DNA from: Verrucomicrobiaceae bacterium
Lineage (GTDB): Bacteria; Verrucomicrobiota; Verrucomicrobiia; Verrucomicrobiales; Akkermansiaceae
Assembly: GCA_051252135.1 (NCBI GenBank)
Contig: JBPOGH010000005.1
Span: 185,448-249,447, forward strand
DNA length: 64,000 nucleotides
Direction of reading: 5' to 3'
Below the pieces are notes generated by a model. It was not told where the DNA came from and did not search any database. It was given only the letters and a program-made list of their open reading frames with translations. The translations under genes and the position numbers were made by a program. Shown here piece by piece: positions 47,770 to 57,120 of the stretch (its first letter is position 1; each line of letters opens with the position of its first letter).

Positions 47770-49176
47770 ATGGCCAACATCCAATCCAACCGCTGGCAGC
47801 TCTCCCGCCGCCAAACCCTCAAAGGCATGGGCGCCACCCTCGCCCTCCCCTTCCTTGAAGCGATGCGCCCCATGGCCGCCTACGGCCAATCCGCAGCCGC
47901 CACCAGCGACCCCGTCCGCATGGCCTGCCTCTTCATGCCCAACGGCGTCCGCCCCGACAAGTGGACCCCCTCCGGAAAAGGCGGAAGCTTCAAGCTCTCC
48001 CCCATCCTCTCCCCGCTCGAAGCCGTCAAGGAACACATCACCGTCATCAGCGGACTCAGCAACTCCCCCTCGAAAAAGGGCGACGGTCACTACTTCAAAA
48101 CCGCCTCCTGGCTCACCTGCACCACCATCGAGTCCACCCAGGGCTCAAACGTCAGCGCCAACGGCATCTCCATCGACCAAATCGCCGCCGAGGCCATCGG
48201 CCGCAACACCAGGCTCCCCTCCATGGAACTCGGCACCGAGCCCGTCAGCTCCGGAGTCGATCGCAACGTCAACCTCACCCGCCTTTACGGATCCCACATC
48301 TCCTGGAAAAAACCCGACGTCCCCCTCCCCTGCGAGATCAACCCACGCGTCGCCTTTGACCGCCTCTTCCGCAACCGCGACAAATCCGGTAAAACAAACG
48401 CTGCCCCCGATCAATCCGTCCTCGATATCGTCCTCGATGACGCCAAGTCCCTCCAGCGCACCCTCGGAAAAGAAGACTCTCACAAACTCGAGCAATATCT
48501 CGAAAGCGTCCGCGAGATCGAACGCCGCATGGAAAACGAAGCCTCCAAGCTCGGAGCCGGCCAAAAGCTCTCCCCCGCCGCCATCTCCCAACTCGAAATC
48601 CTCAACAAAGCCATCACCAAAGCCACCGGCGCAAAGGGCGATGACGACCTCGGCTCACGCCAGCGCCTCAACGCCACCGAGCACGTCCGCCTCATGATGG
48701 ACATCATGGTCCTCGCCTTCTGGACCGACTCCACACGCGTCTCCACCTTCATGTTTGGAAACGCTGTCTCCGGCAAAAACTTCTCCTTCCTCGATGGCGT
48801 CAGCGGCGGCCACCACTCCATCTCCCACCACAAGGGAGACAAGGGCCAGCTCGACCAATACCAAAAAATCAACACCTGGCACACCGAGCAATACGCCTAC
48901 ATGCTTCAACGCATGAAGGACATCCCCGAGGGAAATGCCAACCTCCTCGACAATTCCATGATCCTCTTCGGATCCGGCATCCGCGATGGCAATGCCCACG
49001 CTACCAAAGACATCCCCATCATCCTCGCCGGCGGCGCCAACGGCCAACTCAAAACCGGACGACACCTCGATACCGGCGGCGAAGAGCTCTCCTCCCTCTA
49101 CGTCGGCATGCTCAAACGCCTCGGCGTCAAATCCCAAAAAGTTGGCGACTCCAACCGCGAACTCCGCGGCATTTGA
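47770..49176 (+). CDS. DUF1552 domain protein (Tat-exported)
   Basis: SRRQTLKG..LALPFLEAM, MPNGV, SIDQ, HHSISHH, LLDNSMIL. Confidence 0.9.
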   Translation: MANIQSNRWQLSRRQTLKGMGATLALPFLEAMRPMAAYGQSAAATSDPVRMACLFMPNGVRPDKWTPSGKGGSFKLSPILSPLEAVKEHITVISGLSNSPSKKGDGHYFKTASWLTCTTIESTQGSNVSANGISIDQIAAEAIGRNTRLPSMELGTEPVSSGVDRNVNLTRLYGSHISWKKPDVPLPCEINPRVAFDRLFRNRDKSGKTNAAPDQSVLDIVLDDAKSLQRTLGKEDSHKLEQYLESVREIERRMENEASKLGAGQKLSPAAISQLEILNKAITKATGAKGDDDLGSRQRLNATEHVRLMMDIMVLAFWTDSTRVSTFMFGNAVSGKNFSFLDGVSGGHHSISHHKGDKGQLDQYQKINTWHTEQYAYMLQRMKDIPEGNANLLDNSMILFGSGIRDGNAHATKDIPIILAGGANGQLKTGRHLDTGGEELSSLYVGMLKRLGVKSQKVGDSNRELRGI

Positions 49177-49231
49177 AAAATCATTGCCCCGACAAACGAT
49201 CACGCAAGCCCCTCTCTAACAATATCGCAAG

Positions 49232-49666
49232 ATGCTCAAAACCCCGGTCATCCACCCTCAGATCATGGAGGCCCTTGCCCGCAGTGGTCACTTCGCCCAA
49301 GTCGTGATCGCCGATGGCAACCTCCCCGTCGGCGCAATGACCGGACCCAACTCCACCCTCGTCCACCTCAACTTCAAACCGGGCCTCCTCGATGCCGTCA
49401 CCGTGCTCGAAGGCATTCTTGAGGTCTGCCCAATTCAGGGCGCAACCGTCATGGCGAAGCCCCCTGAAGCCAACGCTGATATTCACGAGACCTACAAAAA
49501 ACATCTCGCAAATGTCGATTGGGAAGAAAAGGAACGCTGGGCCTTCTACGATCAGATTCGCGACCAATCCACCACCCTCATCATCCAGACCGGCGAGCAA
49601 CGCCGCTTCGCCAACCTCATCCTCACCGTCGGCGTTGTGAAAATGGCGGAAGAAAGCGGCTTCTAG
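49232..49666 (+). CDS. RbsD/FucU family sugar mutarotase/pyranase
   Basis: LARSGH..VVIADGNLP, ERWAFY, IQTGEQR.FANLIL..GV. Confidence 0.9.
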   Translation: MLKTPVIHPQIMEALARSGHFAQVVIADGNLPVGAMTGPNSTLVHLNFKPGLLDAVTVLEGILEVCPIQGATVMAKPPEANADIHETYKKHLANVDWEEKERWAFYDQIRDQSTTLIIQTGEQRRFANLILTVGVVKMAEESGF

Positions 49667-49744
49667 GCACACGCCAGAACTCTCGATTTGCTACCGGGGA
49701 ATCGCCGCCCCCAAACTCCGGGGCACCCGGGAAAAGACTCCCCC

Positions 49745-50812
49745 TTACCCCGCTAGCTCACCCAGCCCGTCCGCCACGAATCCCCGAATCTCTTCCAGAC
49801 TCTCGGCCACCACGAACTCATCAGGCTCACAAAGTAATTCCAGCAACGGAATCAATGGCTCCCAGAACCCGCTTCCACTCTCATCCTTTCGGTTGAAAAT
49901 AATCACCTGCTTCCCCACCATCAGCGGGTTCTTCTGGTGCTTGAAAATCATCAACGCCATCAACTCCTGCACCGTCCCCGCACCACCGGGAAAAATCACA
50001 AAGGCATCGGAGTTCTCGATCATCACTTCCATCCGCGTATAAATGTCCGGCCGCAGCCAGAACTGCGAAAGCCCCTCCGGCAACCCTTCCAGCTTGATGA
50101 TGTGGGGCACATTCGATCCCGCGGTCCATCCACCGGCTTCCACCGATCCACGCACCACCGCCCCCATGATCCCGGTCTTACCCGCTCCGGAAACACAACC
50201 ATACCGGTTCTCGGCCAGCATCCGCCCCAAGGCCTCGCCATCCGCGATGTAATCCGGATCCTCCAGGCTCGCGGAACAAAAGACACACACGTTCCCCAAC
50301 AAATCATCCGGCGCCGGAAGATCATTGGGAACCACCTCGTCTTCCTCCTCGGATTCCTCACGTCCCGCATCCGGTAGTCCCGACGACCTCACCGAATCAA
50401 GACACTCAATCGCCTCCTCGGCCGAGGTCGCCCCCAACAAAAACTCACGATAGTCCTGCTTGATCGTCCCCATCACATGCAGGCGCTCGATCACCGCAAA
50501 AAGCGAATCCCACGAATTGTCGGAATTCAAAATCACCGTCGGCTTCCCCGATAAATTCTCATCCAGCGTCTGATACCCGACAAAAATCGACACCGCCTTG
50601 AACATGTCCTCCAGCGTCGCCCCCGGGGTAAAAACAAAGGCATCGGACTCCACAATCTTCTCCTCAATGTTCGAGAGCGTGATCCGCTCGTTCCCATTCG
50701 AATTGTTGATGTCCCACCCCGCATTGAAGAGGAGAAAAAGCAATTGCGCCCGCGTCGAGCGCCCCTGGTCCTCGGGTCCGAGGATCGTTCCTGAAAGTCT
50801 AACAGTTGGCAT
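49745..50812 (-). CDS. LOG/SLOG family protein with additional N-terminal LOG-like half
   Basis: VCVFCSAS, GIMGAV, SDAFVIFPGGAGTVQE; N-terminal SDAFVFTPG..GKPTVILN. Confidence 0.85.
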   Translation of the reverse strand: MPTVRLSGTILGPEDQGRSTRAQLLFLLFNAGWDINNSNGNERITLSNIEEKIVESDAFVFTPGATLEDMFKAVSIFVGYQTLDENLSGKPTVILNSDNSWDSLFAVIERLHVMGTIKQDYREFLLGATSAEEAIECLDSVRSSGLPDAGREESEEEDEVVPNDLPAPDDLLGNVCVFCSASLEDPDYIADGEALGRMLAENRYGCVSGAGKTGIMGAVVRGSVEAGGWTAGSNVPHIIKLEGLPEGLSQFWLRPDIYTRMEVMIENSDAFVIFPGGAGTVQELMALMIFKHQKNPLMVGKQVIIFNRKDESGSGFWEPLIPLLELLCEPDEFVVAESLEEIRGFVADGLGELAG

Positions 50813-50884
50813 AATGCATAAATGTTCGGGTGAACCGGTCACCATAGTCGATGTCTCGACAATCTCAACCCGCATTGACCGGAA

Positions 50885-52174
50885 TCACTTCCCGATGCAA
50901 TAAACCGCCTCGTTCGAGCGCAGATACAGCGCATCCTTCGCCAGCGCCGGCGTCGCGTTAAAATCCGATTCATCACCAAGCGAGTTGATCCCCACCAGCT
51001 TCATCTCCTTGTCCGCCTCGAAAACAAACGTCCCGTTTCTCCGGCTCACCGCAATCAACTTGTCACCCACCCTCACGATCGAAGCATAAAAGCTAAACTT
51101 CTTCCGCTTCTTGATCGCTTCAACCTCCCGCCTCGTCACCGTTTCTCCCGACTTGAGATTCATCGAGATCACCTCCGCCCCGTCATTCACCCAATACAGA
51201 TGACCATTCTGAAAAACCGCACTCGGCACATAGGAGAACGTCTTGCTCCGCCAAAGAATCTTGTCCGTCATATCCCCGGACCCTCCCCCCTTGATCGCAA
51301 TCGATCCCTTCTTCGGATGACCTCCCGTCGTAAAAAGAAGCCCCTCCGCACTCACCACACTCGGGGAAATGTTTCCCGGAATCTCCGTCTTCGCCCACCA
51401 CAACTTCTCCCCCGTCTTGGGATCAAGGGCTATCAATTCATCAGGAGCCGCGATCACCAACTCCACCTTGCCCGAATCCAATGAATGTAAAATCGGCGTA
51501 TTGTAAGTCAGCTCAAGCTGCCCCGATTCATACCGCCACTTCTCTTCCCCCGTCGCCTTGTCAAAGGCCATGATCGACTCCGCCTCGTCAGAGGCATTCA
51601 CGATCAAAAGGTTCCCATAAAGAATCGGACTCGCCGCCGAACCCCACCGCCGGTTGCTCGACGAATCACCCACCTCTTTGCTCCACACCTTCTCTCCATT
51701 CATCGTGAACGCGTGCACCCCCGACTTTCCAAAGAAGGCAAACACATGCGTCCCGTCGGTCACCGGCGTCGGACTGGCATAACCATGCTCCGTAAGAAAC
51801 CCGCGATAATCATCCTCCGGATTCGCCAGCGGCACCTCCTTCTTCCAAAGCACCTTCCCGTTCGCGCGATCCAAACAAAGCAACATCCGCCCCAGATCCT
51901 CCGGCTCGCCCAAGTTGCGCTCATCGATTCCATATCCCGTGTAACACGTCACAAAAAGACGGTTCCCCCAAAACACCGGACTCGACGAACCCGGCCCCGG
52001 AAGCTCCGTCTTCCACTTCACATTCTTCCCCTCGCCCCATTCCATCGGAATCGCCGCCCCATCAATCGCCGCCACCCCATCGGCTCCCCGAAACTGGGGC
52101 CACGTTTCCTCACCCGACAAAATGGAGGACAAAATCAGAGATAGGGAAAAAACAACGGGGTTCATATCCCCCAT
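50885..52174 (-). CDS. PQQ-like beta-propeller (BamB-like) protein
   Basis: WPQFRG, WKTELPGPGSSSP, ASPTPVTDG, ATPA; true start may be ATG 52165. Confidence 0.88.
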   Translation of the reverse strand: MGDMNPVVFSLSLILSSILSGEETWPQFRGADGVAAIDGAAIPMEWGEGKNVKWKTELPGPGSSSPVFWGNRLFVTCYTGYGIDERNLGEPEDLGRMLLCLDRANGKVLWKKEVPLANPEDDYRGFLTEHGYASPTPVTDGTHVFAFFGKSGVHAFTMNGEKVWSKEVGDSSSNRRWGSAASPILYGNLLIVNASDEAESIMAFDKATGEEKWRYESGQLELTYNTPILHSLDSGKVELVIAAPDELIALDPKTGEKLWWAKTEIPGNISPSVVSAEGLLFTTGGHPKKGSIAIKGGGSGDMTDKILWRSKTFSYVPSAVFQNGHLYWVNDGAEVISMNLKSGETVTRREVEAIKKRKKFSFYASIVRVGDKLIAVSRRNGTFVFEADKEMKLVGINSLGDESDFNATPALAKDALYLRSNEAVYCIGK

Positions 52175-52210
52175 CCTAATCCGCCAACCCCATCATGCAA
52201 TGAGGATCAT

Positions 52211-52957
52211 TCACCCCTTCCGCGCCACATACACCGTGCTCTCAAAATCCTCATTCTGGATCGGATTGTGAAAACCCACCACGTGATGCTCGCAACTCTC
52301 AAACACCTCCCCCAGCGACTTCATAAACCCCTCCTCCGGCGGATCGTCCGACCACAGCGCAAAAATCCCGCCCTCATGCAGCTTCGCCGCCAACTTCCTC
52401 AACCCGCTCGCCTCATAAAATTCCCCGTGCCGCTCATGCAGCAAATGATCCGGCGAATGATCAATGTCCAAAAGCACCGCGTGAAACTTCCGCTCCGGAT
52501 CACGCTCATCAAACGACCGCTCATCCCCCACCGCCGTCGCCAGCTTGAAAAAGTCACCATGCACATACTCCGTCCGCCCGTCCGCATTCAGCCCCGGTGC
52601 CAACGGCGTCAGCTCCTTTTGAAACCACTCAATCACCGGCTTCAAATAATCCACAATCGCCAGCGATCCCACACTCTCATGCTCCAGCGCCGCCCGCGCC
52701 GTATAACCCAAACCCAATCCCCCCACCACCACATCCAGCTTCGTCCCGGGAAACGACTTCTCCGCCGCCTCCAACCCCAGATGCGATAACGCCTGTTCCA
52801 CCACCGTAAACATCGACGACATCAAAAACGCGTCCCCCAAAATCACTTCGTAAACCTCCTCGTTCTCCAGCGACAACACCGTGCGCCGGCGCAGGATCAA
52901 ATCACCCAGCGGCGTCTTCTGATAATCGAGTTCTTCGAATCGGGGAATCTGGTTCAT
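52211..52957 (-). CDS. Spermidine synthase-like SAM-binding protein
   Basis: VVVGGLGLGYT, LLDIDHSP, GGIFALWS. Confidence 0.85.
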   Translation of the reverse strand: MNQIPRFEELDYQKTPLGDLILRRRTVLSLENEEVYEVILGDAFLMSSMFTVVEQALSHLGLEAAEKSFPGTKLDVVVGGLGLGYTARAALEHESVGSLAIVDYLKPVIEWFQKELTPLAPGLNADGRTEYVHGDFFKLATAVGDERSFDERDPERKFHAVLLDIDHSPDHLLHERHGEFYEASGLRKLAAKLHEGGIFALWSDDPPEEGFMKSLGEVFESCEHHVVGFHNPIQNEDFESTVYVARKG

Positions 52958-52970
52958 AATCAAAAATTTT

Positions 52971-53639
52971 CTACTTCCGGTCACCCACAAAAAGCGTGTG
53001 CGTATACCGCTTCGCCTTCGGATACGCCTTCGCCGGAATCGCCTCCACATTCCTAAAATTGCGATTCATCGACTTCACAAACCCCTTGTCCGGGTGCGCC
53101 GACCAATAAACCACCCGTCCTCCCGGCTTCAGCGCCTTCGCCACCATCTCCAGCCCTCGGTTTCCATACAAGCGCGCATTCCCCTCATCCACCAATGGGT
53201 CCGGGCTGTTGTCCACGTCCAAAAGAATCACATCGTAATGGTTCGCTCCACCCTCCCTGATGATCTCAAAGACATCCCGCACATCCACCACCGTCCGCGG
53301 ATCATCCAGCAACTTCCCGTTCACCGGCTGCAAATACTCACGATTCCACTCCACGATAATCGGCAGCAGCTCCGCCACCTCCACCACCGCATCCTCCGGC
53401 ACCAACTCCAGCACCCGCCTCAAGGTAAACCCAAAACCCAATCCCCCGATCAACACCCGCACCTTCCCTGCCGCCCCCGCACACGCCAGCTCCGCCATCG
53501 TCTGCTCGGAGGAACACGCCGTCGTGCTCATCAACGGCACCCCCCCCACCTTCAGGAAATATTCCCCGTCATGCTCCTGAAGCAATAAAGTCGCCCCATC
53601 CGGAGTCGTCGCAGTAGCAAGGTTCGTAGTCGGCTTCAT
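52971..53639 (-). CDS. Spermidine synthase-like SAM-binding protein
   Basis: VLIGGLGFGFT, LLDVDNSP, LKPGG..WS. Confidence 0.85.
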   Translation of the reverse strand: MKPTTNLATATTPDGATLLLQEHDGEYFLKVGGVPLMSTTACSSEQTMAELACAGAAGKVRVLIGGLGFGFTLRRVLELVPEDAVVEVAELLPIIVEWNREYLQPVNGKLLDDPRTVVDVRDVFEIIREGGANHYDVILLDVDNSPDPLVDEGNARLYGNRGLEMVAKALKPGGRVVYWSAHPDKGFVKSMNRNFRNVEAIPAKAYPKAKRYTHTLFVGDRK

Positions 53640-53754
53640 CCGGTGCCGGACCCTACCCAAGCCCCACCCAACCGACCACCGAAAACACCACTCAATCGAC
53701 TTTCCCAACCTTTCGCTTTATCTTTGCCGATATTTTAGGTATTCAAACGAACTC

Positions 53755-54684
53755 GTGGCCCGTAAACGTCTCAGCCTAAACTCCGGGAAAAATACCCGGC
53801 GGCCACGCCGTGCCCACGCGAAGCGCGGCTCCTTCGGCGATACCCTCAAGCGCATCGACCGGAAGGTAAAAGACATGCAAAACGTCCGCTCGGGACGCCG
53901 CGCCGGCATGACCGCCCAAGCCGCCATCGCCGGAGCTGCCAATGAGTTCGCTTTCGACGAATTCCACCTCCCGTGGACCGGGCGCATCCTTCGTTGGCTC
54001 GCCGCCTTCATGATCATGCCGCTCTGCTTCGTCACCATCCTCACCCTCTTCCAGCGCGTGGGCGATGTCGACTTCCTCCACCACTTCTACAAAACCAAAG
54101 AGTTCGTCTGCTTCGCCGTCGGCGTCGGCCTCATGCTCTCCTGGTTCTTCTCCGGACTCCTCGCCGACAAATTCCTCTACCTCTACGTCCTCGGTCACGA
54201 AATGACCCACGCCTTCTTCGTCTACCTCCACCTCGGTCGCATCAGCGACATGCGCGTCAGCACCGAGGGCGGCTACATCATGACGAACAAGTCGAACCTC
54301 ATGATCGCCCTCTCCCCCTACTTCGTCCCCTTCTGGTCGGTCATCCTCCTCGCCGTCTACGGCTTCCTCTCCCTCGCCACCCCCATCCCCTACAGCGAGG
54401 AAGGCCTCATCGTCCTCCTCGGCGCCTCCTGGTGTTTCCACATCGTCTGGACCATCTGGATGATCCCCAAGGACCAGCCCGACCTCAAGGAACACGGCAC
54501 CTTCTTCTCCCTCATGGTGATCATCTTCTTCAATCTCATCCTCCTCACCGCCATGGTCTGCGCCGCCTCCCCCGGCCTCACCTGGAGAGACTTCGTCTTC
54601 AACTGGGCCAACATCTCCTGGGACCTCATCGATGCCGGCATCACCTGGACAAAAAGCCTCCTCAACCGCATCCCCAACCTCTAA
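53755..54684 (+). CDS. Membrane protein with HExxH motif (M50-like metallopeptidase)
   Basis: YVLGHEMTHA, GGY, IALSPYF, DL; several TM helices. Confidence 0.7.
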   Translation: MARKRLSLNSGKNTRRPRRAHAKRGSFGDTLKRIDRKVKDMQNVRSGRRAGMTAQAAIAGAANEFAFDEFHLPWTGRILRWLAAFMIMPLCFVTILTLFQRVGDVDFLHHFYKTKEFVCFAVGVGLMLSWFFSGLLADKFLYLYVLGHEMTHAFFVYLHLGRISDMRVSTEGGYIMTNKSNLMIALSPYFVPFWSVILLAVYGFLSLATPIPYSEEGLIVLLGASWCFHIVWTIWMIPKDQPDLKEHGTFFSLMVIIFFNLILLTAMVCAASPGLTWRDFVFNWANISWDLIDAGITWTKSLLNRIPNL

Positions 54685-54691
54685 GCCCCCG

Positions 54692-54712
54692 GCCCCAAAG
54701 GGGCGACACAAC
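54692..54712 (+). repeat. REP-like hairpin
   Basis: GCCCC-AAA-GGGGC-GACACAAC; same architecture as GTCCT-GAA-AGGAC-GACACAAC at 59300. Confidence 0.55.
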
Positions 54713-54724
54713 ACCCCGCGCGCC

Positions 54725-56170
54725 CTACCGCTTCCGGTAAATTCGCACCGTCCCATGCGCCCATCTCTGAAGCTCATCGTACCCCGCCGCCTCAATCCGC
54801 TCCTCGGTAAACCCAAAGGTCTCCTGCACCGAGTACTGCGCGTCCCAGATCAACAAGGTCCCCGGCTCCAGATTCTCCGGCGTCCGATCATCCCAAACAC
54901 TCAGGACCTCCCCCACTTCCTCGTCCTGAAGCCAAAAATCAACCGCCGTGTGATGCCCCAACCAACGCTCGCCCTCTCCGTTCTCCCGCATCCACTGCGC
55001 CGCGTCCTTTAGCCCCTGCCCAAACCGACTCTGCCTCATCGGCGGCGCAATCGGCTTCAGCGTGTTCGCCGCCTTCGGCATTCCCTCAATATGGCTGTCC
55101 CCCATGATGAACTGCTGCTGGGGCATCAACAAACCACCCCACACCACCGCCACCAGAGTCAGAACAACCACCCACTTCGGCGCCCTCGCCCGCACCACAT
55201 TGAACCCGCGCAAAGCCACCAAACCCACAAACGGAGCCATTGGCATAATGAAATGATAATACCCGCCCGAGGCAAACATCCCCTTCCAGAAGATCACACT
55301 GTGCAGCACAAAATACGCCGGATACGTCGCGTAAAGCACCAGATCCCAATTCCAGTCCCACCCCTTCTTAAACACCCCGATCAACATCAGAATCAACACC
55401 GGAATCCCCGCCCCCGTCGCCAAATGCTGGCAATAAAGCCACAGCGGACCCGAACCATACATCTCCGTCGGCTTCGACTCAAAGAACATCATAACCGGCC
55501 ACTCGCCCCGCGTCAGCCCCGTCGCCACGTTCATCACCACCATCGGCAGAATCGTCCACATCCCCAGCCACACCGCCCGTGGAAAAGCCGACCTCGCCTC
55601 GCCCCACTTCCGCTGCACCAGCATTCGCGCAAATCCATCCTCCGCAAAAATCACCCACAGCCCCCACAGCCCCGTCAACGCGATCCCCTCGTGCCGCACC
55701 AATCCCAAATAACCAAAGCACACCGCCGCCAGCGCCAGCCGATTCCGCATCGCAAAAAACACCCCCGCAATCCACACCACCATAAACGGCGTCTGCGTCA
55801 GCACCGGATAACTCAACTCCGGAAACCACCACTGAAAACCCACCAGCAAGGGCAACGCCCAAAGCCCCTTCATCCCCAATCTCCGTCCCTCGCGCCCCGT
55901 CATCCACAGCGCCAGCCCCGCCAGCGCCAACGTCCACACCCGCGCCGCCGTCAACCCGAAGTGCGCCGGAATAAAATGCAGCAAGTTCCGCCCCGGCCGG
56001 CTCCACGGATGCCACAGTTGCGACGCATCATCCCACGCACCCTTCGAAATCAAATAATGCGCAATCTCGTCATCCAAAATCCACGCCTCATTCACCAGCA
56101 AGCGATAAAGGCACCACGCCATCACCGCTACCCAGCCCAGCCAGAAATATCGCCCCAGGGATTCACGCAT
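54725..56170 (-). CDS. Polytopic membrane protein, probable GT-C glycosyltransferase
   Basis: DDE acidic motif after the first TM, many TM helices, LVRHEG; overlaps the GT2 gene. Confidence 0.65.
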   Translation of the reverse strand: MRESLGRYFWLGWVAVMAWCLYRLLVNEAWILDDEIAHYLISKGAWDDASQLWHPWSRPGRNLLHFIPAHFGLTAARVWTLALAGLALWMTGREGRRLGMKGLWALPLLVGFQWWFPELSYPVLTQTPFMVVWIAGVFFAMRNRLALAAVCFGYLGLVRHEGIALTGLWGLWVIFAEDGFARMLVQRKWGEARSAFPRAVWLGMWTILPMVVMNVATGLTRGEWPVMMFFESKPTEMYGSGPLWLYCQHLATGAGIPVLILMLIGVFKKGWDWNWDLVLYATYPAYFVLHSVIFWKGMFASGGYYHFIMPMAPFVGLVALRGFNVVRARAPKWVVVLTLVAVVWGGLLMPQQQFIMGDSHIEGMPKAANTLKPIAPPMRQSRFGQGLKDAAQWMRENGEGERWLGHHTAVDFWLQDEEVGEVLSVWDDRTPENLEPGTLLIWDAQYSVQETFGFTEERIEAAGYDELQRWAHGTVRIYRKR

Positions 56171-56909
56171 CAGCCGCTCTTTGCCACTCGATCACCTCCC
56201 GGTCGATCACATTGTAATATCCAATACACCAGATCGCCCGCACCCCGTCCTTCCAGCCGATCTTTTTCCCCTCATCATAACTCCGCGGATAATAGGACAC
56301 CGAGGTCTCCATCACTCGCAGCTTCATCTTCGCCAGCTTCGCCGTCACCTCCGGCTCAAAGCCAAATCGATTCTCCTTCAGCGGGATCGCCTGAATCACC
56401 TCACGCCGAAACCCCTTGTAGCACGTCTCCATGTCCGTCACGTAAAGATCACTCATCATATTCGAGAGCGTCGTCAGAAAACGATTCCCCATCGTGTGCC
56501 AAAACCGCATCACATGCCGCGTGTCCTTCTTCAAATAACGCGAGCCATACACCACATCCGCCTCATCATTCACCAAGGGCGCAATCACCTTCTGAAAGTC
56601 CACCGGATCATATTCCAGGTCCGCGTCCTGCACGATCACATACCGCAGCGTCGCATTCTGAAAGCCCGTCCGCAACGCCGCCCCCTTCCCCTGGTTCTCC
56701 TCGTGCTTCACAAAACGCACCCGCTCCTCCTTCGCCTCCCACTCCCTCGCCACATCACAGGTCCCGTCCGTCGACCCGTCATCCACCAACACCACCTCTC
56801 CCACCAGCGGCTGCCCCAAAACCTTCCCAAGCACTTCCGCCAGCGTGCCCGCTTCATTATACATCGGCACCACTACTGATAGAACGCCTTGGGGAGATTC
56901 ACTGTTCAC
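56163..56909 (-). CDS. GT2 glycosyltransferase (polyprenol-phosphate sugar synthase-like)
   Basis: SVVVPMYNE, VDDGSTDGT, NQGKGAA, QDADLEYDP, DMETCYK, FGFEPE. Confidence 0.93.
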   Translation of the reverse strand: MNSESPQGVLSVVVPMYNEAGTLAEVLGKVLGQPLVGEVVLVDDGSTDGTCDVAREWEAKEERVRFVKHEENQGKGAALRTGFQNATLRYVIVQDADLEYDPVDFQKVIAPLVNDEADVVYGSRYLKKDTRHVMRFWHTMGNRFLTTLSNMMSDLYVTDMETCYKGFRREVIQAIPLKENRFGFEPEVTAKLAKMKLRVMETSVSYYPRSYDEGKKIGWKDGVRAIWCIGYYNVIDREVIEWQRAADA

Positions 56910-56971
56910 ACGCCACAGGTAACGGACGAAACCCCATCCCTCAACGACATTTCTATCAATCCCCCCCTTTC

Positions 56972-57045
56972 TAATTCTCCCGAGCCACAGGCTCGCAAAT
57001 TACGCTAAATGCGAAAAGCCAACCGCCAAACGCTCAAATCCCCAT
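56972..57045 (+). repeat. Left copy of a direct repeat flanking selD
   Basis: TAATTCTCC-CGAGCCACAGGCTCGCAAA...AAAAGCCAACCGC. Confidence 0.65.
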
Positions 57046-57085
57046 ACCCCTGCAAATATCCACCTCTCCAATTGCCTCATCCTCC

Positions 57086-57113
57086 TTGTGAAAACCCCAA
57101 GAGCATCTAGAAT
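57086..57113 (+). promoter_or_regulatory. Promoter of selD, probably leaderless
   Basis: TTGTGA-16nt-TAGAAT-7nt-ATG(57121). Confidence 0.6.
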
Positions 57114-57120
57114 CCATAAC

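Noticed and set aside
55091..56974. Long Pro/His/Arg-rich + strand ORFs (also 29295-30722, 5342-6343, 46743-47720 and others)
   Set aside because: They are shadow frames opposite well-supported genes; the C-rich strand is depleted of stop codons.
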